From IMG/VR virus record IMGVR_UViG_3300028804_000002, positions 64,001-128,000 of that record: a stretch of 64,000 nt of DNA, one strand, 5' to 3'. This stretch comes from a virus. Lineage: Duplodnaviria; Caudoviricetes. Shown here piece by piece: positions 30,299 through 41,395 of the stretch (position 1 is its first letter; every line of letters starts with the position of its first letter). The notes beneath the pieces are model-generated. The model was not told the DNA's origin. It worked only from the letters and a program-made list of their open reading frames with translations, and ran no database searches. The position numbers and the translations under genes are program-made.

Positions 30299-30850
30299 TT
30301 AATTGGTTAGAAATGAATTTGTAGAAGCAAGATCACCTTTGTAATCTAATAATTCTTTGGTTGATTTTATCTTAACATTTTTTGCTGCATTAGAGTGATC
30401 AGAACCCATCATTGGATAATTTTTAGAAGCAATCATATTTGCTTCTGTAAGTCTTTCTAAAGGATCTTCCTTTTTTGAATTTTCAAGAGTCTCAAAAAAT
30501 GTTTTGGTATAATCTTTTCCAGCATTATATAATGGATTATCCCATAAATTTCTTATAAAATTAAGTAATATTAGATTCTTGTTATAATCGTTTTTCAGTA
30601 GTTGATATTTAATATAAACAACATTTTCTCTTTTTAAAAAAACACAGGGAGTTATTTGATTTATAATTCCAATAAGTAGTTCCTGATATTTTTTGGTTTC
30701 AGGTTCTTCATAATTGGTTATATAAATATACTTTGGTCCATTTTTTACTAAAAAAGTTTTAATTCCAGCCCAACAAGAAGTATTATTATTTTTAGTAAAC
30801 ACTTTATTTACAAATCCGTAATAATGACAACCTATTCTTCTTCTTAACAT
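30299..30850 (-). CDS. Hypothetical protein
   Basis: 183-aa ORF (SCWAG, LLNFIRNLW, HSN). Confidence 0.7.
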   Translation of the reverse strand: MLRRRIGCHYYGFVNKVFTKNNNTSCWAGIKTFLVKNGPKYIYITNYEEPETKKYQELLIGIINQITPCVFLKRENVVYIKYQLLKNDYNKNLILLNFIRNLWDNPLYNAGKDYTKTFFETLENSKKEDPLERLTEANMIASKNYPMMGSDHSNAAKNVKIKSTKELLDYKGDLASTNSFLTN

Positions 30851-30863
30851 AATTTTTAATTTA

Positions 30864-30899
30864 AAAAATAAGGCCCTCTAATTTTATTTAAAGGGCCTT
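30864..30899 (-). terminator. Terminator-like hairpin downstream of tmRNA
   Basis: AAGGCCCTTTAA...TTAGAGGGCCTT-ATTTTT. Confidence 0.65.
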
Positions 30900-30941
30900 T
30901 CGGGTTTAAGCATCAGCGGGAAGTGCTAACAATTTAAATAG

Positions 30942-31307
30942 TGGAGGTGTCCGGGGCGAACCGGAGTCCAAACATTGATTAATAAACCTATTCTTACAAG
31001 CTTAGTACTGTATTTCTACTGCACCGTAAGGGGCTCGAATGCCGAGCGCTCCACCAGATGGTTCAAAACCAACAATTCTGCTTTTTTGATATCGATTATG
31101 TTCCTAAGGAGATACCTACCTTGTGCAATTAAGCGGCCATTTTTACTGAGTAAGAAGAACCTGCTTTTCTGCTGGAGAAAGCCATATTGATGATCTTTGC
31201 TCCGTTGTTTGACGTTTTGTCATTTATTGTTTAGTGATTATTTTAAGAATCACTGACTATTGCTTGCAGATTTACCTTTCAAATGCTGTCAAAACATACA
31301 CACCCCC
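30942..31307 (-). ncRNA. ssrA: tmRNA; tag DKTSNNGAKIINMAFSSRKAGSSYSVKMAA* (31221-31129)
   Basis: 5' GGGGGTG..TTTTGAC, 3' GGACTCCGGTTCGCCCCGGACACCTCCA, G3-U pair, ATAAAT-GAC resume context, tag ends AA. Confidence 0.93.
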
Positions 31308-31317
31308 ACTTTCTATA

Positions 31318-31941
31318 TTAATTAACGGCTGATAATAATGGATTTATTGTAAAATAATCTTCTCTTCCATGTACACCCTTTCCAACAATTCTTATAAATT
31401 GTCTGTTACTTGAGTGCTTTTGATTAATACACTCATGCGGTGTAAATATACTAATTTTAGCAAGTTCTCCTTCTTTAAGGAGTATACCTGTATTTTCAGG
31501 ATAGTTATCAATATATGCACTAAGATCACCATCTTCAGTGAAAGATCTATCTTCAACATCCCATACTCTGCAGGTATTTGAAATACTATTGGCTATCAAT
31601 ACCATAGTATCATCATCAAGAATGGTTTTGTAACCTCCACCCCAACTACCTCCTTCACTTCCTCCCCAATGATTTTTATTACTTCCAACTTCAATATGAA
31701 CATTTCTTTTAATTCCAGATGCATTATAACCCCTTTGAGATGATCCTCCTTTTACAAAAGATTCATTTATTGTCAAAAAACCAATTTCTCCTTTTTCAAG
31801 AAAATTGTTATTTATTATGTCAGAATATGATTTATACTGGGATGGTAAAGAAGAAGCATCACCTTGTATAAAGGGCATCATGTGACAATTAACACCAGAA
31901 AATTGTGGAAATAATATATTTCCAATTATTAATTTATTCAT
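31318..31941 (-). CDS. 2OG-Fe(II) oxygenase-like (DSBH) protein
   Basis: NVHIE, TPHEC, RQFIRIV. Confidence 0.6.
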   Translation of the reverse strand: MNKLIIGNILFPQFSGVNCHMMPFIQGDASSLPSQYKSYSDIINNNFLEKGEIGFLTINESFVKGGSSQRGYNASGIKRNVHIEVGSNKNHWGGSEGGSWGGGYKTILDDDTMVLIANSISNTCRVWDVEDRSFTEDGDLSAYIDNYPENTGILLKEGELAKISIFTPHECINQKHSSNRQFIRIVGKGVHGREDYFTINPLLSAVN

Positions 31942-32546
31942 AAATTTGATTAGGTATCGTCAAATTCTTTTTTAATTTTTTTAATTTCTTCTAGAGGTAT
32001 TTCTTCTATCTCTAATTCAATATTTTCTTCTTTTGGTTCTATAGGACTAAAGTCATTAAATGGATCATTAATTTCTACTCCAGAATCGGCAGCAATAAGC
32101 TCTTGCTCTTTTTCATCTGTAAGTTCCAAATACTGTTCCATAGTTAATAGAACTGTTTTACCTGTGCTTAATTGATATTTTACCACTTTTGTTAGTTTTA
32201 TACACAAAAGTAAATAAAATACTATTATAAAACAATTAATATTTAAGATTAATTTCCAAATATTCAGGGTTTATAGCTATATGTCCGCGTTTTTCTTTTT
32301 CTAATATATTAAGTTTTCTCATATAACTTAATGTATTTCTAGCACATTGTTTATGTTTATATATTCCATTTTTAGTAATTATATCACATATTATTTCTGG
32401 TGATTTATTCTTATTTTTATATATAATAAGTAATATATCTGCCATTCTACGACGATGATAACAAATTTTAAATCTAACGAAATTAGCTAAAAATACGGTT
32501 ATTAAAAAATCATCTCTTCTATTAGTTTTTATTATAATATTATATT

Positions 32547-32930
32547 TCATAAACTTTTATTTCTTAAAAGTATTATCGTCATAAGACTTCCATTAGTACT
32601 AGTATAATCCATTTTGTTAATTATGCAATCTTTAAAAGTAGTTTCTATTTTTTGTACTCTATTACGATTTACATCAACTTGAATTATGTTTCTCAATGCA
32701 TAATCTTTTGCTATCCTTTTCACTAAGTCTCTTAATTCTTGATCAGAATAACTCATTAAATTAACAAATGAAGCTATTATTGACATTTGACAATTATGTG
32801 TTGGCCCATCAATAGTTTCAATTCTATGTTCAAGCTGTCCAGTCTTTTTAACATAAAGTGTTCTTACTTGACCAACTCCAGTAGTAATATTAGCTCCAAG
32901 TTTTATTTCAATTTTTGGTTCTTCAGTCAT
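32547..32930 (-). CDS. Hypothetical protein
   Basis: PTHNCQMSII...YTSTNGS; weak resemblance to 11155 and 12517 ORFs. Confidence 0.6.
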   Translation of the reverse strand: MTEEPKIEIKLGANITTGVGQVRTLYVKKTGQLEHRIETIDGPTHNCQMSIIASFVNLMSYSDQELRDLVKRIAKDYALRNIIQVDVNRNRVQKIETTFKDCIINKMDYTSTNGSLMTIILLRNKSL

Positions 32931-33590
32931 CGCTTAAATATTTTAATTCTTTTTCAGAAAGTCTATTAAAATTCGGATCTATATCAAGATCTTCTTTATT
33001 AAATTTTATAGTATTTTTAGCATTTTTTATTCTTTTTTGCCATATACTAAGAAGACTTCTATAGTCTGGATTATTTCTCACATGATTAATAGCTTTATAA
33101 ACAAAAGCATTTATTTGATCTTTTGTATACATGCTTATTAAGTTGTCAAACTCAAATGGTAAGCTTTTCTGAGTTTTGACTAATTCAGTAATATAAAAAC
33201 TGTCAGAATTTATTTTCATTTCAAGTTTTTTATTACTTTCTGCCAACGCTTTTTTTTCTTTTAAAATAGTATCATATTGTTCTTTTGTATATAATCCTAT
33301 TAAATTAAGAAGGTTTATTATTTTCATCTTCATCCTTTTCGTAGATAACTCTATTACCATCAAGATTTACTGTTGATGCTACTCCAGGTGCAGGTGGTAA
33401 TTGAGGCATTTTATGTTTATGAATTTGATCTAATAAAAAACTATATATATTTATAGATTTTTTACAAAGTATATCAACTTCATCTAAAAAAATTCTTCGT
33501 TCATCGTCTGATATTTCTTCATATTCTCCTTTTGGTGGTAAGTTATCATTTATTATTGCTGCTGCGTCTCCCATAAAATTAAATTTTAAT

Positions 33591-33819
33591 AAGTGAGTAA
33601 AACTAGAAATAATGAAAAGTCACCAGCACTGTCATCCAGGCATAGGTTAATTAGGTTATCCTTTAATCCATGTTTCATTCCGTCATCAATAAAATTTCAT
33701 AACCTTCAACAGAAACTGTTAAATTGAATTCTATTTTATATCCCACATCTTTACTTAGGAAGGACTCACCAAAAAATTATTATTACTTTATATCATTACT
33801 TCTAGCTTTAACATCACTT
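33591..33819 (-). ncRNA. Candidate ~230-nt stem-closed ncRNA
   Basis: AAGCTAGAAGTAATGA/TCATTATTTCTAGTTT (G-U on minus strand) plus AAGTGA/TCACTT. Confidence 0.45.
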
Positions 33820-35155
33820 GTCTATTAGTCTATCACAAGGATAACTAATTAGTTTAGTTAATAACTTCAAATTCAGCTTCAATGGTATTATTTAATAATT
33901 CTTCGGACTCAATAATTTTTTCTATCTTTGATAATGCTTGTAGTATTCTACCTTTAATGGTTTTATGAGTAATATTTAAAGGTTTACATACTTTAAGATC
34001 ACCATCATTTATTGCAGATACTATAACTCCTTGTTCTAATAATAATTCATTATAATAAATCATTTTAGATTTCAATACAGGATAAAGATATTTTATAAAC
34101 AAATCATTAAACTGTTTTGCTTCTGATATAAAGCTTATATTATACCATTTTGAGATATGACAATCCTCTACTCCTAACCAAGCTAATGCACATTTGGCAT
34201 TATTTTTTTCAAGATTCTTTTCACAAAATTGATGAAATGGTATTTTTTGAAATTTTTCTTTATAGTATTGTATAGTAAACATATTATTTTAATTTGAATC
34301 AAATAATGCTGAAATTAATGCTATTGGTATTACTATTGGTACCAGAGCTACAAAATATAAATACGCTGATTTACTAGGTTTATCCTCTTTATCTTTACTT
34401 ATAAATATAGTTATTGCATAAATAAGCATAATAATCCAACACAATAGTGAATATATTAATATACCAATCATCTGTTATAATTTATAAATTTGAAGAAATA
34501 TTTATTAATATTCTTTATAATTTTTTACTTTAAAAAAATAATCTTGGTTATCATCAAAATATTTTATAATCCAAAGCATTAATGCAAACCATGATAATAT
34601 TATTGAAAATATTACTTGTTGTTTGATTGCTGGAACACGAGACTCCCATGCATTTGCATAACATCTCATGAGAGAAAAATAAGAACCAATTAAATAAGTT
34701 AGAAGTACTATTATAGCCATTTTGGTGGTTTTTGTGGTAATTTAATTAAGTATTCTATTTCAGACATAAATACTATTAAAATACCTATTAATGGAAAAAA
34801 GATAGATAAAATCATAACTGGAAATATATGCTTCCACTCCCATAAATGTTTTTGTTTTTTCTTTTCAGAAGCTAATTTATCTAATCCTTTTATAGAATAA
34901 TAAGTAATAACTACTGACAATAAATACAAAATTATATATACAATTACCATAAAAGAGAATTTTAAAATAGCCCCTAATAAAAAGGTTTTAATAATCTTTT
35001 TATTGGGGCTATCATTAAGCTTATATAATTAATCAGATTATTGCAATTCTACTATATCTATATAGGACTTACTCTGAGTTTACCTAGGTAAGATATAATA
35101 ATACAAGACCTGCCGGTACAATGTTCTGACATAATCTATAATTAATTAATTTCAC

Positions 35156-35386
35156 TTAATTATTTTTTAAAACAGGCTTATCATTAAGTATTAAATATAA
35201 CTCAAAAGAATCACTTCTATATTCTCTCCATTCTATTGTATCTCTTGGAGAATAATGGTTATCAATAGAAATATATTTAATTACATTATTTTTAAGCTTT
35301 TTACACCTCATTTTCTTGTTAGTTTCATATTCTTCAAGATTACAAGATACAAGAAATATTAATAATATGGATAATAAATATTTCAT
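35156..35386 (-). CDS. Small lipoprotein, paralog of 38998-39378
   Basis: MKYLLSILLIFLVSC lipobox. Confidence 0.65.
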   Translation of the reverse strand: MKYLLSILLIFLVSCNLEEYETNKKMRCKKLKNNVIKYISIDNHYSPRDTIEWREYRSDSFELYLILNDKPVLKNN

Positions 35387-35630
35387 ATTAATGAGCTTTT
35401 TTTTCAATATTAGATATCTCTTTTTTTATTCTTTGATATTCATGATCTTTAGATAAATCAAGAGGTTTCTCAAGCTCTGAGTTTGTACTTTCAATTAAAG
35501 CAATTTTTGTTTTCAATCCAATCAATGCTTTTTTACGGCGCATAATAGCATAACCATTAGAATTTTTCTTTCTCAATTTGTATCTTTCGTGTCCTGTTCT
35601 ACTTTTGTACGTACTTTTACTCATCTTTTT

Positions 35631-36185
35631 TTATTTTTTAATGTAAATGGATTGTCCTCCTGTAATTAATTGAAGATTCTTCTTACTATTTGTAATAATA
35701 AACCCACATGGAAATATTATTGCTCCTGATTTACATTTACTAATAATCATATCCATAAGAGCATCCATTTTTTCATTATTTTTAAGAGGTTTATAAAGAT
35801 ATATTACATCTGCATCATAATAATCTTCATATTCTTCAGCTCTTCCATAAAATACATTTATATTATTATGAAAAATTTTATATTCTTCTCTAAATTCAAT
35901 ACCCTTTGGTCTAAAATTGGCATATTTTGCTAAATAAAGAATATTACCTTTTCCACAACCAACATCAAGGAAATTTTTGTGTTCTGGAAATGTCTTTCTT
36001 ATTTGAAGCATTGTTTCTAAAACATCTCCATTGATTGGTATTGCTACAAATTCTTCTTGTCTGTCTGTTATTGGATCTAATCTCTTGTTATCAGCAAATA
36101 TTCCTCTCATTCCTTCATAAAAATCTCGTACTGAAAGATAAGCAATTTCTTCTCTTTTATTTAGAAGTTTTAATTTTTTTATCAT
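35631..36185 (-). CDS. Class I SAM-dependent methyltransferase
   Basis: FLDVGCGKGNIL, GIE, DVIYLYKP. Confidence 0.85.
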   Translation of the reverse strand: MIKKLKLLNKREEIAYLSVRDFYEGMRGIFADNKRLDPITDRQEEFVAIPINGDVLETMLQIRKTFPEHKNFLDVGCGKGNILYLAKYANFRPKGIEFREEYKIFHNNINVFYGRAEEYEDYYDADVIYLYKPLKNNEKMDALMDMIISKCKSGAIIFPCGFIITNSKKNLQLITGGQSIYIKK

Positions 36186-37944
36186 ACTAAAACATTATAT
36201 TGTGAACTATTTGCATTATTCCAAAAAATGATCCACAAATAAGTAATATTACCGCAACCCAAGACATAAACTTAATAAAGTCTGTATTTTTATTTATATG
36301 TTCAAAAAATGATATTTGAGCTTTTTTAGCTCTAAAGAAAGATATCATCATACAAACTGTTGAAAATAGAAATAAAACTACTCCAAAGCTTATAAGATAT
36401 TGTACTATTGGATCTGTTATTTTATTCATAAAAAAGTTTAAAAAATATAATTAATAATATTTACTAACATCCATATTATTGTGCTTAAAGATGACCAGAA
36501 TAATATGCCAAATGCTATATCGTTTATAGTAACGATTTTAAATTGTATTACATCAAGTAACATTCTCTTAGGGAGAAGTAGTACTATTCTTAATACAATT
36601 GCTGCAAAAATAAGTAATAAAAGATAAAGTATTATCATTTTTATTGTTTTTCTTTTGTTTCTGTTTTCTTTTTCTTACCTTTTGTACGAACTTTACCATT
36701 TAGTCTCATATAGTCTTTAGAAGCAATATGTTTATTTATCTTTATAACTGCTGCTCTCCTCCTTCTTTTCTTTCTAAACTCTTTTAATTGATCAAGAGCT
36801 TCTCTGGTATTGTTTCTACTAATACCATATTTTTGCATAAGTCTTTTAGCAGTTTTGGAATATCCATATTTCTTCTTAAATGCTGCTCCTTTTGATTCAG
36901 TTTGTTGCATTTTTACTTTTTTTCTCAAGTTTAATAATTTCAGGTTCATGTCCATCATTAAGACATCTATCAATTAAAAATTGTTTGAATATAGTGTGTT
37001 TGCAAGTAGTAAAAGATAACCAAATTGGCTTACCTAGATTATCTATTGACATACTAACTTCTTGATATAAGTCACAAAATGGACATACCAAGAATTTTTT
37101 TTCTATATTCTTCATAACTTCTCCATTTTTATTGGTATCATTTCCTTAAAAGTTTTTTCAATAATTTTGTGAGTTTTTGACCATTTCCAAACTCTTCCAA
37201 AATTCATTATATTGTATTTTGAAAGCATTGATGGAGTTGTTCTCATTATTATAAAACTTCCAATAGATATTGCTTGTCCTCCAAGATAAGTATATGATGG
37301 TGAATTTTTGTTCTTTTCTTTTACTAATTTATTTGACCATTCCTTATCTTTAAGATACCAACCATGAGTTACTAGTAAAAGTATTTCTTTACCAAATATT
37401 AAAGTAATAATAAAAAATCCTAATGATATGTATATTATATATTCCATTTAACAAGTTTTTAAAAATACCATCTACCTTCAATTATGTAACTTTTAATACA
37501 CATAATTAAGATATATAATCCATATAAAATTAATCCAGTTATTCCTAATAAGATAATACCAATTAAACCACAAAATAAAGTAGTATAAAAATAATAACTT
37601 ATAGTTCCTGGTTTTGGCTGAGATTCACCTTTTTCTTTAACAAATTCAGTTATATATACTACATATCCTATACCATAAAGAATTAATGGACATAGTATTC
37701 CAATGAATATTACAATTGCAAATCTTCTTAACATAATTTTTAAGTTTAAAAAGTCATCGAGGGCTGAAGACAAACCGAATACAGCTAAGTATAAAGCCGG
37801 TTTGCCCTCTAGTCCAAGATGTAAACTCTTATTTGGAGAGTTTACAGTATAGCTAATAGTTAAACCAGTTTAAAGTAAACCTATAGCTAAAAAATTGAAA
37901 AGGAAGTAATTAAAACCTTCCTTTATAATAAGTGTAATTGCAAC

Positions 37945-38391
37945 TTATTTCTTTAACGAGTCTTTTGGAGTAATATTAATAAAATAGACTGTATCTTTTT
38001 TATTATCTCCTCCAAATATTGATTTTAATGGATGTCTATCTTCAATAATGACATCTTTAACAAAGTAATTTGTATGTCCTCTGTTTCCAAACCAGTTTTT
38101 ACCATATGTTTCATGATAAATAACCCTCACTTTCCAATTTTCTCTTACTGCACTGTCCAATAAATTTATAATTCTTTGATCCGGAGCATCATTATCTATT
38201 GAAAAATCAAATTCAACAGCATTAGATGTCATTCCAGTTTGTGATACATTCATTTCGCCTTCATAACTTTTCCAAATCATACCTTTTTCAGTAAATTTGG
38301 TAATAAAACCAATTCTTTCTCCATTTGAATAATTTTCTGAGCAACTGGAGAATATTGGTGAAACTAATAAGATTAACAATAATTTTTTCAT
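37945..38391 (-). CDS. Lipoprotein
   Basis: Lipobox FSSC; YSNGERIG..KFTEKG.IWKSYEGE. Confidence 0.8.
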   Translation of the reverse strand: MKKLLLILLVSPIFSSCSENYSNGERIGFITKFTEKGMIWKSYEGEMNVSQTGMTSNAVEFDFSIDNDAPDQRIINLLDSAVRENWKVRVIYHETYGKNWFGNRGHTNYFVKDVIIEDRHPLKSIFGGDNKKDTVYFINITPKDSLKK

Positions 38392-38642
38392 GTGAGTTGT
38401 TTTTGTGGATACATTTTATCTGTTAGGCGATATTTGTTTTGTTTTTTATTTGGTATTCGTTCAAGATAACCCTTATTTATAAGACCGTTTCTTAATCTTA
38501 TAACAGTTCTTTGACTTATTCTTAAACTCTTCTCAATATCAATTATTTTAACAGTATTATTTTCATACATAAGTAATATCATGTATTCTAGTAGTTCAAG
38601 ATTAGTTTCTTGAAAATGTTTTGTATGAAAATAGATAGTCAT
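38388..38642 (-). CDS. Winged-HTH DNA-binding protein
   Basis: IEKSLRISQRTVIRLRNGLINKGYLER. Confidence 0.75.
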   Translation of the reverse strand: MTIYFHTKHFQETNLELLEYMILLMYENNTVKIIDIEKSLRISQRTVIRLRNGLINKGYLERIPNKKQNKYRLTDKMYPQKQLT

Positions 38643-38997
38643 ATTTAAAATTTTTCTAATTCATTAATTTTTATATTCTTTTTACACCATTTATAATATT
38701 TTATATACCAATATAAAGAATATGGACAAAAATAAGTAATAATAGAATTATTTAAGTAATGTCCATCTTTTAATTTAAAATCATTTTTGTCTGTAAACCA
38801 AATAAATCCATTACGCCTACGCATAAATCTAGTAAATTCATAATCATATATTTGGTCATTATTATAATTATAAAATGTTTTTAATGGTAAAGAATTATAA
38901 ATTTCTTTATATAATCTAAAATTATATGATAAAGTTATTGTTGCTGAAAATGAAAATAAAAATAATATAATTAATATTATTTGGATAAATGTAATTA

Positions 38998-39378
38998 TCA
39001 TTTTAAAATATATTTATTTTTTAACTCCCCATTGTGCTTTAGTAGATTAATAGTATCATCTAATTTATTCATCATGATAGTATCTCCTTTTTTAAGACTA
39101 TCTGATAATTGTATATACTGAATTTTATCTGTATAAATTACTGTATTTATTGAATCAATAGCTTGTTCAAGTATCTCAACAATACAAGTTGTACCATCTA
39201 TAGTAACTTTAACTTTATCTCCAGATTTATAATTATTATTAAGCTTAATTATATCATTAACATTATTGTCTACCCTTTTTACTCTAAACCAAGTATTCTC
39301 CTCGGCTTTTTCTATACAAGATGATAATATTAATGCAAAAGCGAGTATTGTAATTATCCAAAAAATAATTTTTTTCAT
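38998..39378 (-). CDS. Lipoprotein with duplicated small beta domain
   Basis: ILSSC; two I..I.L...K.GD units. Confidence 0.7.
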   Translation of the reverse strand: MKKIIFWIITILAFALILSSCIEKAEENTWFRVKRVDNNVNDIIKLNNNYKSGDKVKVTIDGTTCIVEILEQAIDSINTVIYTDKIQYIQLSDSLKKGDTIMMNKLDDTINLLKHNGELKNKYILK

Positions 39379-40050
39379 AACTTATCAATTTTTCTTTGTA
39401 ACTCTTTTTGAAGATTTTGATATTTTTCTTTTTCTTTATCAAGCTCTTCTTGATTCATCCAGTAAGATTCTCTAAATACAATTGGTAATATAAAATAACA
39501 AGAACAACAGAACGACGTTATAGATATCCATAATATTATTTTTAAACCAGTCCAATTAACATTTAATTTTGATACGTCTTTTGTTGTTAAAATAAATATC
39601 ATCATACTTAAAATTAAAATTCCAAATGTAGTTGTAAATAATGTAAGACCTTTAATAAAGTTTCTCATCCAAATAAGTTTAAAGTTTTAACAATATAATT
39701 ATTTGGCCATTGAATAGCCCAAATAGTAATACTTGTATCAATACCAGTAGCTACTACTGCTATAGCATTTTCACATATTTCTTTTTCTTGAATATTAGTA
39801 AGATTTATTATTTTATTATCAAAAGTACGTATCTCATTACCGGTTTTTGATGAAATACCTTTTAATTGTTCTATAGATACTTCATCATTTCCTAATTCTT
39901 TAAATATATCTATCATCCATGATAAATCAAACATTTTTTCAATATCTTTTTTATAGAGAATTTTTGTTTCTCCGCAGCAACAAGTTAGACACATGCTTAT
40001 TATTTTATATGTATAATTTCATCTAAGTGAGTAATAATATTTTTTACAGT

Positions 40051-40096
40051 AAAGTAAAGAAAATCTGCTTTATAACAGATCTTCTTTACTTTTTTT
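40051..40096. terminator. Intrinsic terminator hairpin
   Basis: AAAGTAAAGAA-AATCTG...CAGAT-CTTCTTTACTTT. Confidence 0.6.
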
Positions 40097-40105
40097 CTGT
40101 TTTAA

Positions 40106-40249
40106 TTACTCCTGTGTGGTTGGCTGTTCTGTTTCAGAAGCAGGCTGCTCAACAGAAGTATCAGCTTTAGGTTGCTCAACAGGTTGTTCTGCTGCTATTT
40201 CCTCAGCTGATTCAGGACCATCATGGTACAATCTGAATTTCTTTTTCAT
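40106..40249 (-). CDS. 47-aa acidic EQP-repeat microprotein (not in ORF track)
   Basis: MKKKFRLYHDGPESAEEIAAEQPVEQPKADTSVEQPASETEQPTTQE. Confidence 0.65.
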   Translation of the reverse strand: MKKKFRLYHDGPESAEEIAAEQPVEQPKADTSVEQPASETEQPTTQE

Positions 40250-40296
40250 TGTATAACCGTGTTTTTAAATTATTATAGGTATACGGATTAAAATTT

Positions 40297-41154
40297 TTAT
40301 ATAGCTTGTGGTAATTCTAATCTCTTTGCTTTCCATTGTGCAATAAGTTTAGCTCCAGCAGCAGCATCAACTTGTCTTGATGCACTATTACTATTCATTT
40401 TTGGAAGAATATCTCTTCTAAATACTTCAATATCAGTAGTATAATCACTTAATTTCTGATCTATTTGTTTAATAGCTTCATTAAGCTTTGTTACTTCAGG
40501 AGATTCTTTCATCCATTTGGATGCATTTTTTGTTGCCTTTGCTGCTTGCTCATATATGGTATATAATTGAGCTTTACCTTCAAGTTCTATTTTAAGAATT
40601 TCTACATCAGCTATTCTTGTTTGTAAATAATCATTCATTTCTTCTTCAAGCTTCTTTGTCTCTTGTACTTTTGGTTCCAAATTTTCAATTTGCTCGTTAA
40701 GCATATTTACTTTAGCTTCAAGTACTCGCTTTTTTGTCTCATTGGTTTCAAATTCATGTTCTTGTATTGCTCTTCCTGAATCTTTTATTATATTCTTAAG
40801 TGTCTGTTCAGTATTTGCTCTTGAAGAAGATACAGCTTTAATATCTTGCTGCATCATTTGATTCTGATTAACAAGATATCTATAACCTTGCCATAAATAC
40901 CAAAGTCTATCTGAAGATATATGCTTTTTGGTAAGATTCCATGACATTCTTTTGTAGAAATCCCATACATTTTGGTAGTTCATTATAAGAAATACCAAAG
41001 GGGCTCCGAGTCCTATTGTCCACCAGATATTTGTTAAAATGGTAATTAATGGTGGTAATAGAAACCACAAAATCATTAATGTAGCACCTAACATAAGTAA
41101 AGCATAGAACTTTTGAGTATTGTTTGTCAGATCCGCTGATTTGATATTTAGCAT
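40297..41154 (-). CDS. Membrane-anchored long coiled-coil protein, PspA/IM30-like
   Basis: Two N-terminal TM segments then ~190 aa coiled coil. Confidence 0.55.
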   Translation of the reverse strand: MLNIKSADLTNNTQKFYALLMLGATLMILWFLLPPLITILTNIWWTIGLGAPLVFLIMNYQNVWDFYKRMSWNLTKKHISSDRLWYLWQGYRYLVNQNQMMQQDIKAVSSSRANTEQTLKNIIKDSGRAIQEHEFETNETKKRVLEAKVNMLNEQIENLEPKVQETKKLEEEMNDYLQTRIADVEILKIELEGKAQLYTIYEQAAKATKNASKWMKESPEVTKLNEAIKQIDQKLSDYTTDIEVFRRDILPKMNSNSASRQVDAAAGAKLIAQWKAKRLELPQAI

Positions 41155-41390
41155 TATTTTCTTATTTTGATTGTTAATATATTAACTGAATCACTCATTC
41201 TATCTCCTTTATCAAAATTATCGAAAGTTATACCTTCTTTAAATTGTAATTCTCTACTAAGTAACTCAGTCTTTTCATCAAAACTATTTAAGATACCTTC
41301 AATTTTTTGATCTTCCGCTGTTTCATCTTCAACTGAGATATCATGTTCTGCTATTTGCTCACCTTTCTCATTTATTATTCTTATGAGCAT
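41154..41390 (-). CDS. Small acidic hypothetical protein
   Basis: Coupled to 40297-41154 by stop/start overlap. Confidence 0.65.
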   Translation of the reverse strand: MLIRIINEKGEQIAEHDISVEDETAEDQKIEGILNSFDEKTELLSRELQFKEGITFDNFDKGDRMSDSVNILTIKIRK

Positions 41391-41395
41391 ATAAT

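Noticed and set aside
30898-30930. CTGATGC...GAAA downstream of tmRNA as a second hammerhead
   Set aside because: Core mismatch (C for A9) and no stem II or stem III
30975-31190. Plus-strand 71-aa ORF
   Set aside because: Shadow of the tmRNA on the opposite strand
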